Positions 36,989-45,813 of a stretch of 64,000 nt of DNA are shown piece after piece; within the stretch, counting starts at the first letter, position 1; the number at the start of each line of letters is the position of its first letter. The notes beneath the pieces are model-generated. The model was not told the origin of the DNA, searched no databases, and saw nothing but the letters and a program-made list of their open reading frames with translations. Source of the DNA: Candidatus Woesearchaeota archaeon (GTDB lineage Archaea; Nanobdellota; Nanobdellia; Woesearchaeales; JAHWIC01); the NCBI GenBank assembly GCA_019322805.1, contig JAHWIC010000001.1, positions 67,347-131,346 of the forward strand. The letters run 5' to 3'. A program made the translations under genes and the position numbers.

Positions 36989-38365
36989 ATGCGCAGAGAC
37001 TTAACTAATGGCAGTGTAACCAAGAATATTCTCCATCTAGCATGGCCTATGATGGTTGCTTTTACTCTGCATGTAGGCTTTAATCTTATTGATACAATCT
37101 TTGTAGGAAGGTATAGCGCTTTAGCTCTTGCATCTATCTCTATAACCTTTCCTGTGATATTCCTGATAATAGCGCTTGCATCTGGTGTTGGTATAGGGGT
37201 TACATCGTTTATAGCAAGGCTGATTGGTGCAAAGAAGGTCAACAAAGCTAAAGACGTTGCAAAGCACGGCTTGATTTTAGCTTTTTTTATGTGGATATTC
37301 TTTGTTGTTGCTGGTTTGGCTTTTGCAAAACCCTTGTTTATGTTTTTAGGAGCAGAAGGAGAGATATTGTCTATGTCCCTCAAATATGCTTATACTATAT
37401 TTATTGGAAGCTTCTTTATGTTCTTTGCATTTATCGGCAATAGCATTCTAAGAGGAGAAGGTGATACAAAAACTCCGATGAAGATAATGGCGCTTGCCAC
37501 TGTCGTAAATATCATCCTCGATCCCCTTATGATATTTGGTTTATGGGTTTTTCCTGAACTGGGTATATTTGGTGCTGCTCTTGCAACAGTTATTGCAAGA
37601 TCAATCTCTGCATTTGTTATCCTGGGGTACTTATTTAAGGGAAATGCCCTGGTTAAACTGGATTTTAAACTTCCTAAATTCGATTTCAGAATAATCAAAG
37701 AGATATTCGAAGTAGGAATTCCTGCTTCATTGTCGCAGTCTGTTATGTCCCTCGGAATGTTCTTTATGATGAAGATAGTATCATTTTTTGGACCTTACGC
37801 AATTGCAGCTTATGGCCTTTTAGGAAGGCTTGATTCTGTTGCAATCTTGCCCGCACTTGGCATAGGTTCTGCTGTCATCACTATTGTTGGCCAGAACGTA
37901 GGCGCAAAGAAGTTTGACAGGGCAGAAGGAACAGTGTGGAAATCTGGTTTATTAGCAGCTGTTTTTATGGAATGCGTTGGAATAATATTCTTTATTATGC
38001 CCAGATTGTGGATAACTATCTTCAATAAACACCCGGACATCATCAGCTATGGGGTAAGTTATTTACGAATAGTTTCCTTAACTTATGCCTTCATTGGATT
38101 AGGCATTATTATTGGAGCTGCTTTCCAGGGAGCAGGCAAAGGATATCCTTCCTTAATGTTAACGATTATAAGGTTGTTTGTCTTAAATATTCCTTTAGCA
38201 CTTATCTTCGCATTTGTACTGGGTTTAGGCCTTGAAGGTGTGTGGATGGGGATTATGACGTCAATTATACTATCAGGCATTATTAGCGCTGTCTGGTTTA
38301 AGCTTGGAACCTGGAAGAAAGGAAAACATATACCAGTAGAGATGCCAGAAGGGATAGAAGGCTAG
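36989..38365 (+). CDS. MATE family efflux transporter
   Basis: 458 aa with 12 TM helices and a MATE-like N-terminus. Confidence 0.8.
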   Translation: MRRDLTNGSVTKNILHLAWPMMVAFTLHVGFNLIDTIFVGRYSALALASISITFPVIFLIIALASGVGIGVTSFIARLIGAKKVNKAKDVAKHGLILAFFMWIFFVVAGLAFAKPLFMFLGAEGEILSMSLKYAYTIFIGSFFMFFAFIGNSILRGEGDTKTPMKIMALATVVNIILDPLMIFGLWVFPELGIFGAALATVIARSISAFVILGYLFKGNALVKLDFKLPKFDFRIIKEIFEVGIPASLSQSVMSLGMFFMMKIVSFFGPYAIAAYGLLGRLDSVAILPALGIGSAVITIVGQNVGAKKFDRAEGTVWKSGLLAAVFMECVGIIFFIMPRLWITIFNKHPDIISYGVSYLRIVSLTYAFIGLGIIIGAAFQGAGKGYPSLMLTIIRLFVLNIPLALIFAFVLGLGLEGVWMGIMTSIILSGIISAVWFKLGTWKKGKHIPVEMPEGIEG

Positions 38366-39300
38366 GTTTTCATCTTATTGAGATATGTGCATAACTTTGC
38401 TGTAATTTCTTTTTTCAATTTCTTGTCTAGCTTTAATCCGTCTAAATCAGAATAATCTATCTTAGGCAACTTAGTTAATGTTCCAGTGAATTTTCTATTT
38501 GCTTTTTTTGCCTCTTCTTCAATTATTTTTGCATACTTTGAATTGAATAATTTAATTGACGGGAATTTTGTTACAGCATCTGCTCCAGCCTTTAGCAATA
38601 GATGGATTTCGTCTAAGTGAGTTAACCAGGAACCAACAACAATTTGGGTTTTAGGGAAGTTTTGTCGTGTTAATTTGATCCATTCTGCATAATATTCTTT
38701 TGTAACTGGCTTTACTTTCTCAAAAACAGTGTTTTTCTGCGGCTTTAATCTGTAGAAAGTGATTTTGTTTATTTTATTCATTTTAATGAATCTTCTTAAT
38801 AATAAAAAATCATTGATTGTTTCTCCTAAACCCAGGATTAAGGTCATCGCTTTTTTTAATGCAAGCTTATCGCATAGCCTGAACATTGATTCTATTTCTT
38901 TTATTGGCTTTGAAGGGCATACTTTATCGTGTATCCCTGGATTTATGCATTCAACAGCGCCGCAAACACCTTCAATATAAGGCTTAAATAATTTCAAATC
39001 GTTTCCTTTTATCACTCCTATATTCAACCATGGTTTTTCACCATAAATCTTCTTAATAGCCTTAATCACAAAAAATAATTCATCAGTTGTATAGCTTTCG
39101 TACCCTCCTGAAAGGAATTCTATCTTCCATCCAAGTTTCTTGCATAAGAATGCCTCAGCTAGGATAGAAGCCGTACTGCGGCGAGCTTTTCTTGGGTTTT
39201 TAATCAAACCCTTCTGCGTTGACATGTAGCAGAACTTGCAGTCCCCTTTTGCGCAGTACCAGCTAAGGAAAATGGCTCTTTCGAAATGAGTTGTGTTCAT
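38362..39300 (-). CDS. Radical-SAM-like protein (BioB/HydE/PylB-like fold) with a non-canonical CX4CX2C cluster motif
   Basis: 312 aa. It carries CAKGDCKFC near the N-terminus and a GGYES glycine-rich motif. No specific family recognised. Confidence 0.5.
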   Translation of the reverse strand: MNTTHFERAIFLSWYCAKGDCKFCYMSTQKGLIKNPRKARRSTASILAEAFLCKKLGWKIEFLSGGYESYTTDELFFVIKAIKKIYGEKPWLNIGVIKGNDLKLFKPYIEGVCGAVECINPGIHDKVCPSKPIKEIESMFRLCDKLALKKAMTLILGLGETINDFLLLRRFIKMNKINKITFYRLKPQKNTVFEKVKPVTKEYYAEWIKLTRQNFPKTQIVVGSWLTHLDEIHLLLKAGADAVTKFPSIKLFNSKYAKIIEEEAKKANRKFTGTLTKLPKIDYSDLDGLKLDKKLKKEITAKLCTYLNKMKT

Positions 39301-39335
39301 GTTAAGTTTGGAAATTGACCTGATTTAAAAGATTT

Positions 39336-39372
39336 TGGTGGAGGAAGGGGGTGGGAGGGCGGGGATATCCCC
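39336..39372 (+). promoter_or_regulatory. G-rich tract (GGTGGAGGAAGGGGGTGGGAGGGCGGGG) followed by the perfect palindrome GGGGATATCCCC in the divergent region between the radical-SAM-like gene and corA
   Basis: Read directly. The tract stands out as very GC-rich in an AT-rich genome. Confidence 0.3.
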
Positions 39373-39376
39373 TTAA

Positions 39377-40429
39377 ATGTTTACTCTAGAATTATCAGCA
39401 AAGTTTAAATATGATAAAGCGTTGAATAGGCATATGATTACTTTATTTGTATATGACAAAAAAAAGAAGGGACTGGTAAAAAACGCCAATCTTAAGAATC
39501 TAAATAAATTTATTTCCAAAAAGGGATACCTGGTATGGGTTGACTTTCAAGAACCAACTGATGCTGATTATAAGATTCTGGAAAATGTATTTGGATTCCA
39601 TCCATTAAGTATCGAAGATTGCAAGAGCGTTACGCCAATACCTAAGATAGATGAATTTGATAATTATATCTTCCTGATATTCCACAGAGTTGTTTACGAC
39701 AAGGAAAAAGAAGATATAGCTGTCAAGGAGATGGACTTCTTTTTGGGAAAGAATTATTTGGTTAGTCTGCATGAAGGCCCGTCTTCGAGCATCAGTAAAC
39801 TAAAAGACAAGATCAACTCTAGGCCGGTTTTCATGGGATACGGAGCTGATGTTATTATGCATGGAATCATAGACCTATTCACAGAAAAATACATCCCGAT
39901 AGTGAATTATATGACAGGAGAGATAGAGAGGATTGAGGATAAGGTCATTGCCAAGCGAACCGCAAGGACTATGCAGAAGATAGTCAAGTTAAAAAGAAAT
40001 GTTTCAGAGTTTAAGAGGAGTATACTGCCTCAGAGGGATATCATAAGCAAGCTTGCGCACCGCAAATTCAAGTTTATTTCAGAAAGATCAGAGATGTATT
40101 ACATGGACATCCTCGATAATATTGTATGGGTTCACGCTAATCTGGAGTCAAACCGAGAAATGCTAACCAGTATTTTTGATGCCCATCTATCGATATCGTC
40201 CAACAAGATGAACGAGACATCAAACAACATGAACAAGATCATGCAACGGTTGACTATTGTTGCGACAATCTTCATGCCCCTGACATTCGTAACAGGTATC
40301 TACGGTATGAACTTCAGGAATATGCCTGAGTTAACATGGCAGTTTGGTTATTTTGGTTCTCTTGGTTTGATGCTTGTGATCGGCCTTGGAATGTTCTTCT
40401 ATTTCAGGAAGAAGCAGCTGCTTGAATAA
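39377..40429 (+). CDS. corA: Magnesium transporter CorA
   Basis: 350 aa. The GIYGMNF signature precedes the C-terminal TM pair. The true start may be the internal Met at 39434. Confidence 0.85.
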   Translation: MFTLELSAKFKYDKALNRHMITLFVYDKKKKGLVKNANLKNLNKFISKKGYLVWVDFQEPTDADYKILENVFGFHPLSIEDCKSVTPIPKIDEFDNYIFLIFHRVVYDKEKEDIAVKEMDFFLGKNYLVSLHEGPSSSISKLKDKINSRPVFMGYGADVIMHGIIDLFTEKYIPIVNYMTGEIERIEDKVIAKRTARTMQKIVKLKRNVSEFKRSILPQRDIISKLAHRKFKFISERSEMYYMDILDNIVWVHANLESNREMLTSIFDAHLSISSNKMNETSNNMNKIMQRLTIVATIFMPLTFVTGIYGMNFRNMPELTWQFGYFGSLGLMLVIGLGMFFYFRKKQLLE

Positions 40430-40430
40430 A

Positions 40431-40522
40431 AGCCCCGAGGGAGAGTTGCACTCCCGACCTTCGCTTTTCCTTTAATATAAATCAATACGAGAGCGACGCA
40501 CTAGCTACTGTGCTACCGGGGC
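40431..40522 (-). tRNA. tRNA-Thr (anticodon CGU) with a roughly 19-nt intron at canonical position 37/38
   Basis: Manual fold on the minus strand. The acceptor stem is GCCCCGG/TCGGGGC, the D-arm is GCAC-AGTAGCTA-GTGC, the anticodon stem is TCGCT/AGCGA with loop CTCGTA|intron|A, and the T-stem is GGGAG/CTCCC. The T-loop TGCAACT is atypical. Confidence 0.55.
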
Positions 40523-40527
40523 AGAAT

Positions 40528-40689
40528 TTATTTGAGTTGTTTTAGTAAATCTTCTTTCTTTGGAAGCTTCTTCTGGCATTCAGGGCAGACTAGATATTTC
40601 TTATTGCTTCCTGGTTTTTTTATGTAAGTACCTACGACCTTCTTCAGGAATGTCTCTTCAATCTTCTTTTTACAAATCTCGCATTTCAT
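40528..40689 (-). CDS. Small zinc-ribbon protein (53 aa; CxxC...CxxC), not in the ORF track
   Basis: MKCEICKKKIEETFLKKVVGTYIKKPGSNKKYLVCPECQKKLPKKEDLLKQLK has two CxxC pairs. Confidence 0.45.
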   Translation of the reverse strand: MKCEICKKKIEETFLKKVVGTYIKKPGSNKKYLVCPECQKKLPKKEDLLKQLK

Positions 40690-40755
40690 AAAAGAATATA
40701 ATCAAGGCTGGTTTATAAATATTTAGAATTTGGTAATTGAATAATAAAAATAATT

Positions 40756-40885
40756 AATCTGAAAATTCCTTTCAACCGCATGTAATCTGAATTTTCATCC
40801 ACATAATTCCCTTTTAGCTAGAGTATAAAGGAACAACAGCGGATGATTTTTGCCTTAGCCAAAGGAATAAAGCAAAAATCAGATT
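40756..40885 (+). repeat. Copy B of the intergenic double-hairpin element family
   Basis: It begins AATCTGAAAATTCC, continues through TGAATTTTCATCC and CCCTTTTAGCTAGAGTATAAAGGAA, then GGATGATTTTTGCC, and ends AGCAAAAATCAGATT. It is followed by an A/T-rich TTTTATTGATT flank. Confidence 0.6.
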
Positions 40886-40973
40886 GATTTTTATTTTTTA
40901 TTGATTATTTTTTATTGATTTTAGACTCAATAAACAATAATATTTATTAATCGAGGAATAAAACCAAGTAACT

Positions 40974-42731
40974 ATGACCAGAATAGCTGTTATTGAGAAG
41001 GAGAAGTGCAACCCTCATGGCTGCGGTAATTACCTTTGCATTAGGCTGTGCCCCATTAACAGGACAGGCCAAGAATGCATTGTTGAGGGTGAAGATAAAA
41101 AGCCTAAGATAGATGAAACTCTATGCACTGGCTGCGGAATATGCCAGAACAGGTGTCCTTTTGAAGCTATTTCAATCATAAATCTTCCTGAAGAGCTTAC
41201 TAAGGATCCAATACATCAATACGGCAAAAATGGTTTTCACCTATGGAACCTGCCAACACCCATCTTTGGAAAGGTTGTTGGTTTAGTTGGAAGGAATGGC
41301 ATTGGTAAGTCAACTGCCATTAAGATTCTAGCAAGCATTCTAAAGCCAAATCTTGGAAAAGAGGAAGGAGAAGCAGGTTATGATGGCTTAATTGAATACT
41401 TTAAAGGAACTGAAGCACAATTATTCTTTGAAAAATTAAAAAATGAAGAAATTAGGGTAAGCTTTAAGCCACAGCAGGTTGATCTTATACCAAAAGCTGA
41501 GAAGGGAAAGGTAAGAAAGCTTTTGGAAAAGGTTGATGAAAAGAAAGAGCTTGATAAGACCGCAAAACTACTTGGGATTGACAAAATACTTGATAATGAC
41601 ATAAAAAAGATCTCTGGTGGTGAATTGCAAAGAGTTGCAATTGCTGCAACTGTTTTGAAAAAAGCAAATCTGTATATCTTTGACGAGCCAACTTCTTACC
41701 TTGATATCAAACAGAGATTAAAGATAAGCAAATTCATACGCAGCTTAGCTGATGAAAATACAGCAGTTTTAGTGGTTGAGCATGACCTGATAATTCTTGA
41801 TTATATGACTGATATGGTTCATCTGATGTATGGTAAGCCGTCTGTCTACGGTATTGTCAGCTTGCCAAAGACAACCAAAGCTGGAATTAATGTTTATTTA
41901 TCAGGTTTTATAAGAGAAGAAAACATCAGGTTTAGGGATTATGCTATAAAATTTGAGGAAAGGCCTCCAATAAAGGCAAAAGAAGCAGTATCAATCACTT
42001 CATGGAATGGTGTTGAAAAGAAATTAGGCAAATTCAATCTTAAAGCTGATGAAGGTGGTGTGCAGAGAAAGGATATTGTTGGTGTTCTAGGAGAGAATGG
42101 AATTGGTAAAACCAGTTTTGTTAAGATTTTGGCAGAAGAAATAAAGCCGGATAAAGGAGGGATTACAAAAAAAGTAAAGGTTTCTTACAAACCACAATAC
42201 CTTGAAGCAACTTCTGATGAATTGGTTGCTACTGTTTTGAAAGATGCTATTAGTACATATTCTAACCAGATAATAAATCCTTTAGAAATCAAACCATTAT
42301 TAACGAGAAAGGTAAATGAGCTTAGTGGCGGTGAATTGCAGCGTGTTTCAATTGCACTTGCCTTATCGCAACAAGCTGATCTGTTTTTGTTAGATGAACC
42401 ATCTGCTTACCTTGATATTGAACAGAGGCTTATTGTTTCAAAGGTCATAAGAAACCTAATGGAGGAAAAAGGAAAATCAGCTTTAGTTGTTGATCACGAT
42501 TTATTATTCCTTGATTATCTTTCCAAGAAATTAATGGTTTTTGAAGGCGAGCCAGCTGTGCATGGTGAAGCAAAAGGTCCGTTTGCAATGGAAGAAGGAA
42601 TGACTATGTTTTTGAAGGATCTCAATATTACTTTCAGGCGTGATGAAGAGAATAAAAGGCCAAGAGCAAATAAACCTGATTCTGTCAAGGATAGGGAGCA
42701 GAAAAAGAAAGGTAAATACTATTATTCTTAG
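40974..42731 (+). CDS. abce1: Ribosome-recycling ATPase ABCE1 (RNase L inhibitor homolog)
   Basis: 585 aa. The N-terminal 2x[4Fe-4S] domain (CNPHGCGNYLCIRLCP...CTGCGICQNRCP) is followed by twin ABC cassettes. Confidence 0.9.
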   Translation: MTRIAVIEKEKCNPHGCGNYLCIRLCPINRTGQECIVEGEDKKPKIDETLCTGCGICQNRCPFEAISIINLPEELTKDPIHQYGKNGFHLWNLPTPIFGKVVGLVGRNGIGKSTAIKILASILKPNLGKEEGEAGYDGLIEYFKGTEAQLFFEKLKNEEIRVSFKPQQVDLIPKAEKGKVRKLLEKVDEKKELDKTAKLLGIDKILDNDIKKISGGELQRVAIAATVLKKANLYIFDEPTSYLDIKQRLKISKFIRSLADENTAVLVVEHDLIILDYMTDMVHLMYGKPSVYGIVSLPKTTKAGINVYLSGFIREENIRFRDYAIKFEERPPIKAKEAVSITSWNGVEKKLGKFNLKADEGGVQRKDIVGVLGENGIGKTSFVKILAEEIKPDKGGITKKVKVSYKPQYLEATSDELVATVLKDAISTYSNQIINPLEIKPLLTRKVNELSGGELQRVSIALALSQQADLFLLDEPSAYLDIEQRLIVSKVIRNLMEEKGKSALVVDHDLLFLDYLSKKLMVFEGEPAVHGEAKGPFAMEEGMTMFLKDLNITFRRDEENKRPRANKPDSVKDREQKKKGKYYYS

Positions 42732-42801
42732 TTGTGTAGCCAAGGCATAAGTGTAGGGGCGGGACAATCAGTTAGTTGTGCACTGGTGGGGAGGCTCTAA
42801 G

Positions 42802-42822
42802 CTTAATCACGAAGTGATTAAG
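42802..42822. terminator. Perfect 9-bp inverted repeat (CTTAATCAC-gaa-GTGATTAAG) at the convergent junction of abce1 and the DUF99 gene
   Basis: Read directly. It overlaps the 3' end of the minus-strand CDS. Confidence 0.3.
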
Positions 42823-43381
42823 CGTTTCCCTTACTTTCTCCTCTTACAACACCAGCGGCAATCAAATGGGCTACTCTTATAGGCTCTGGCAGCAAAGAAT
42901 GAGTGCAGGTTATTCTCAAAATTTGCTTTGCCTGCTCTAAAGTCAGGCCATTCAGTTGAACATAGATTTTTCCTATTTTATGCACTGGACCTGCTTTTTG
43001 GATTAATTTATATTTATGAGATTTGTTTAGTTTTTTAAGTGCTGATTCAATTCTCTTGAAATCAGGCATTCTCCTGATTACAACAAGAACAGGAATCCTT
43101 GTTTTTTTGTGCAGTTTCTCAACATCAACAATATTAAACCCGCCTAAAGCAATGCCATCAAGGATTATGCACTGTAATTGGGGCTTGAATTTGCTTTTAT
43201 TGACCATTCTAATTAATTTAGAGGTAGAATTATTGCCATCAACAGCTATTTTTGTTGATAAAAGACCATCAATCCAGGACCCACCGCGAAACATTGTACC
43301 TACAACTAGAACATTGCCCTTTTTGAACTTGTTAAAAGGTGCATCATCAATGCCTATGATACGTATTTCTTTCTTGTACAT
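42818..43381 (-). CDS. UPF0215/DUF99 family protein
   Basis: 187 aa. The family-typical N-terminus is IRIIGIDDAPF...VVGTMFRGGSWIDG. Confidence 0.65.
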   Translation of the reverse strand: MYKKEIRIIGIDDAPFNKFKKGNVLVVGTMFRGGSWIDGLLSTKIAVDGNNSTSKLIRMVNKSKFKPQLQCIILDGIALGGFNIVDVEKLHKKTRIPVLVVIRRMPDFKRIESALKKLNKSHKYKLIQKAGPVHKIGKIYVQLNGLTLEQAKQILRITCTHSLLPEPIRVAHLIAAGVVRGESKGNA

Positions 43382-43438
43382 AGTTATCCTATAGAGATAG
43401 TAATACTTATATATAAGGTTTATTTCTTAATTCTCAAT

Positions 43439-45268
43439 ATGTGCGGCATAGTAGGTTATATTGGGGGGAAAGATGCAGCACCTATCCTCTTGAAAGGGCT
43501 GAAAAACCTGGAGTACAGAGGCTATGATTCAGCAGGAATAGGTACTGTAAGCGAGAAAAAGATTCTGATAGAAAAAGATATAGGAAAGATAGATGAGGTA
43601 GAAAAAAAAGTTAATCTTTCTGCAATTAGCGGCAATATAGGCATTGCGCATTCAAGGTGGGCAACACATGGACCTGTAACAAAAGGGAATGCACATCCGC
43701 ATACTGACTGCGATGATAAAATAAGCATCGTACATAATGGTATCATTGAAAACTACAAGGAATTAAAGAATAAGCTACTTGAAAAAGGCCATAAGTTCAA
43801 GTCAGAAACAGATACAGAGATTATTGTACATCTAATTGAAGATTATTATAAAGGCAACCTAAGAGAAGCTGTAATCAAGGCATTAAAGCACCTTGAAGGC
43901 TCTTATGCATTAGGGATTATCTGCACTGAAGAGAATAAACTGGTTGCAGCAAGAAAAGAAAGCCCATTAGTTATTGGTGTTGGCAATAAAGAACAGTTTA
44001 TTGCATCTGATATTCCTGCTATCCTTCACTTAACAAAAAATATCATATTCTTAGAAGATGGGGAGGTTGCTGAATTAGATGGAGAAAATGTTGCTGTTGT
44101 TAATCTTGAAGGAAAAGAAATCAAAAAAGAGGTAACTAAAATCAACTGGACTGCTTCAATGACTGAAAAATTAGGATTTCCTCATTTCATGCTTAAGGAA
44201 ATTCACGAGCAGCCAAGGGCAATAGAAGAAACAGTTATGGGAAGGATATCAAATAGCGATGTAAATATTGCAAAAGAGTTGAAATTAAGTGATGAATACA
44301 TAAAAAAGATTGACAGGATCATAATGGTAGCATGCGGAACAAGCTGGCATGCTAGTATTGTTGGAGAGTTTATGCTTGAAGAGCTCACTGGAATTCCTGT
44401 TGAGGTTGAGTATGCTTCTGAGTTTAGGTACAGAAATCCAGTGGTCAAAAAGAATGATTTGGTAATTGCCATAAGCCAATCAGGAGAAACAGCTGATACA
44501 TTGGCTGCTCTAAGAGAAGCTAAAAGAAAAGGCGCTAAGATATTATCAATCTGCAATGTTTTTGGAAGCTCTATAGAGAGGGAGTCTGATGTTACACTTT
44601 ACACCCATGCTGGCCCTGAGATTGGGGTTGCGTCAACAAAGGCATTTACATGCCAGCTTATTGTCTTATACTTGATAACTCTGCATTTTGGAAAGGTATT
44701 AGGCGTCCTACCTAAAGAGCAGATTAAAAACAGGATAAGAGATTTAAGAAAATTACCTCTACAGATGCAGGCTATACTCGAAGAACAAAAAAGTAATGTT
44801 GAGCTGCATGCAAAAAAATTCTATAAGAAAAAGAATGCATTGTACATGGGCAGAGGAATAAATTACCCTATTGCACTTGAAGGAGCACTAAAGCTGAAAG
44901 AGGTTTCATATATTCATGCAGAGGGCTACCCAGCTGCGGAGATGAAGCATGGTCCTATTGCGTTGATTGACAAAGATATGCCTGTTGTTTGCATAGCTCC
45001 GCAAGACCATAGAACTTACAAGAAAGTAACCAGCAATATGGAAGAGGTTCGTTCAAGAGGAGGAATCATAATTGCTATAGCGACGAAAGGAGACAAGGAT
45101 ATAAAGAAGGTTGCTGACCATACATTTTATATACCAGAAAACTCATACATTTTAACACCAGTACTTGCTGTTATTCCGTTGCAGTTGTTCGCTTATTACA
45201 TTGCTCGGGACTGTGGAAGAGATATTGATAAGCCAAGGAATCTTGCAAAAAGTGTTACAGTTGAGTAA
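43439..45268 (+). CDS. glmS: Glutamine--fructose-6-phosphate aminotransferase (glucosamine-6-phosphate synthase)
   Basis: 609 aa. It has the MCGIVGY N-terminal nucleophile and two SIS domains, and ends in VE. Confidence 0.9.
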   Translation: MCGIVGYIGGKDAAPILLKGLKNLEYRGYDSAGIGTVSEKKILIEKDIGKIDEVEKKVNLSAISGNIGIAHSRWATHGPVTKGNAHPHTDCDDKISIVHNGIIENYKELKNKLLEKGHKFKSETDTEIIVHLIEDYYKGNLREAVIKALKHLEGSYALGIICTEENKLVAARKESPLVIGVGNKEQFIASDIPAILHLTKNIIFLEDGEVAELDGENVAVVNLEGKEIKKEVTKINWTASMTEKLGFPHFMLKEIHEQPRAIEETVMGRISNSDVNIAKELKLSDEYIKKIDRIIMVACGTSWHASIVGEFMLEELTGIPVEVEYASEFRYRNPVVKKNDLVIAISQSGETADTLAALREAKRKGAKILSICNVFGSSIERESDVTLYTHAGPEIGVASTKAFTCQLIVLYLITLHFGKVLGVLPKEQIKNRIRDLRKLPLQMQAILEEQKSNVELHAKKFYKKKNALYMGRGINYPIALEGALKLKEVSYIHAEGYPAAEMKHGPIALIDKDMPVVCIAPQDHRTYKKVTSNMEEVRSRGGIIIAIATKGDKDIKKVADHTFYIPENSYILTPVLAVIPLQLFAYYIARDCGRDIDKPRNLAKSVTVE

Positions 45269-45278
45269 AAATCAAAGA

Positions 45279-45336
45279 TTTTTACTCCAGAAAATTGAGA
45301 TGTGAAGAATTGAACTCAATTTTCGTTGAGTAAAAG
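45279..45336. terminator. Nested inverted repeat (TTTTTACTC ... GAAAATTGAG-15nt-CTCAATTTTC ... GAGTAAAAG) between glmS and the GNAT gene, flanked by a direct repeat GTTGAGTAAAA
   Basis: Read directly. There is a perfect 10-bp inner IR and a 9-bp outer IR, and the direct repeat sits at 45260-45270 and 45326-45336. Confidence 0.35.
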
Positions 45337-45345
45337 AGGTGCAAA

Positions 45346-45813
45346 ATGCAGTTCAGAAAAGCCGCTTCAAAAGACGCAAAAGGAATTGCTAATGTTCTTG
45401 TTCATAGTTATAATATTAAAGATATAAAAGAGGGAGTAGCAGCTTTTAAGGAAGAGGTTGCAAAGAAATACAATTATATTCTTGCCGTTGATAAAGGCAA
45501 GGTGGTTGGCTTAACAACATGGCAGGTTCATGGTTTGCCAAAACACCAGCTTTGTGAGCTTGATAGAATAGCTGTTCTTCCAGAATATAGAGGAAAAGGA
45601 GTTTCAAAAAAGCTGTTTGCTGCTTTAGTTAAGGCTGCTAAAGCGGAATACAAGAAACATGGATCAAAGCTTAGAAAGTTATACTTACTGACCCATGCCT
45701 CAAACATAAGAGCTCATAAGTTCTATGAAAAACTAGGATTTAAGCACGAAACTACTTTAAAAGGTCATTATTACAAAAAAGAAGATGAGTGGGTTTATTC
45801 TATGTTTTTTTAG
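45346..45813 (+). CDS. GNAT family N-acetyltransferase
   Basis: 155 aa. The acetyl-CoA-binding motif is RGKGVSKKLFAALVKAA. Confidence 0.7.
   Translation: MQFRKAASKDAKGIANVLVHSYNIKDIKEGVAAFKEEVAKKYNYILAVDKGKVVGLTTWQVHGLPKHQLCELDRIAVLPEYRGKGVSKKLFAALVKAAKAEYKKHGSKLRKLYLLTHASNIRAHKFYEKLGFKHETTLKGHYYKKEDEWVYSMFF

Noticed and set aside
40756-40885. Interpretation of the repeat family as canonical C/D box sRNAs (GATGA and CUGA-like motifs)
   Set aside because: The boxes are out of order for a C/D RNA (a CUGA-like motif precedes a GAUGA-like one on both strands). The would-be C box is GGAUGA rather than RUGAUGA, and no guide complementarity could be checked. It is kept only as a hypothesis to test, not as a call.
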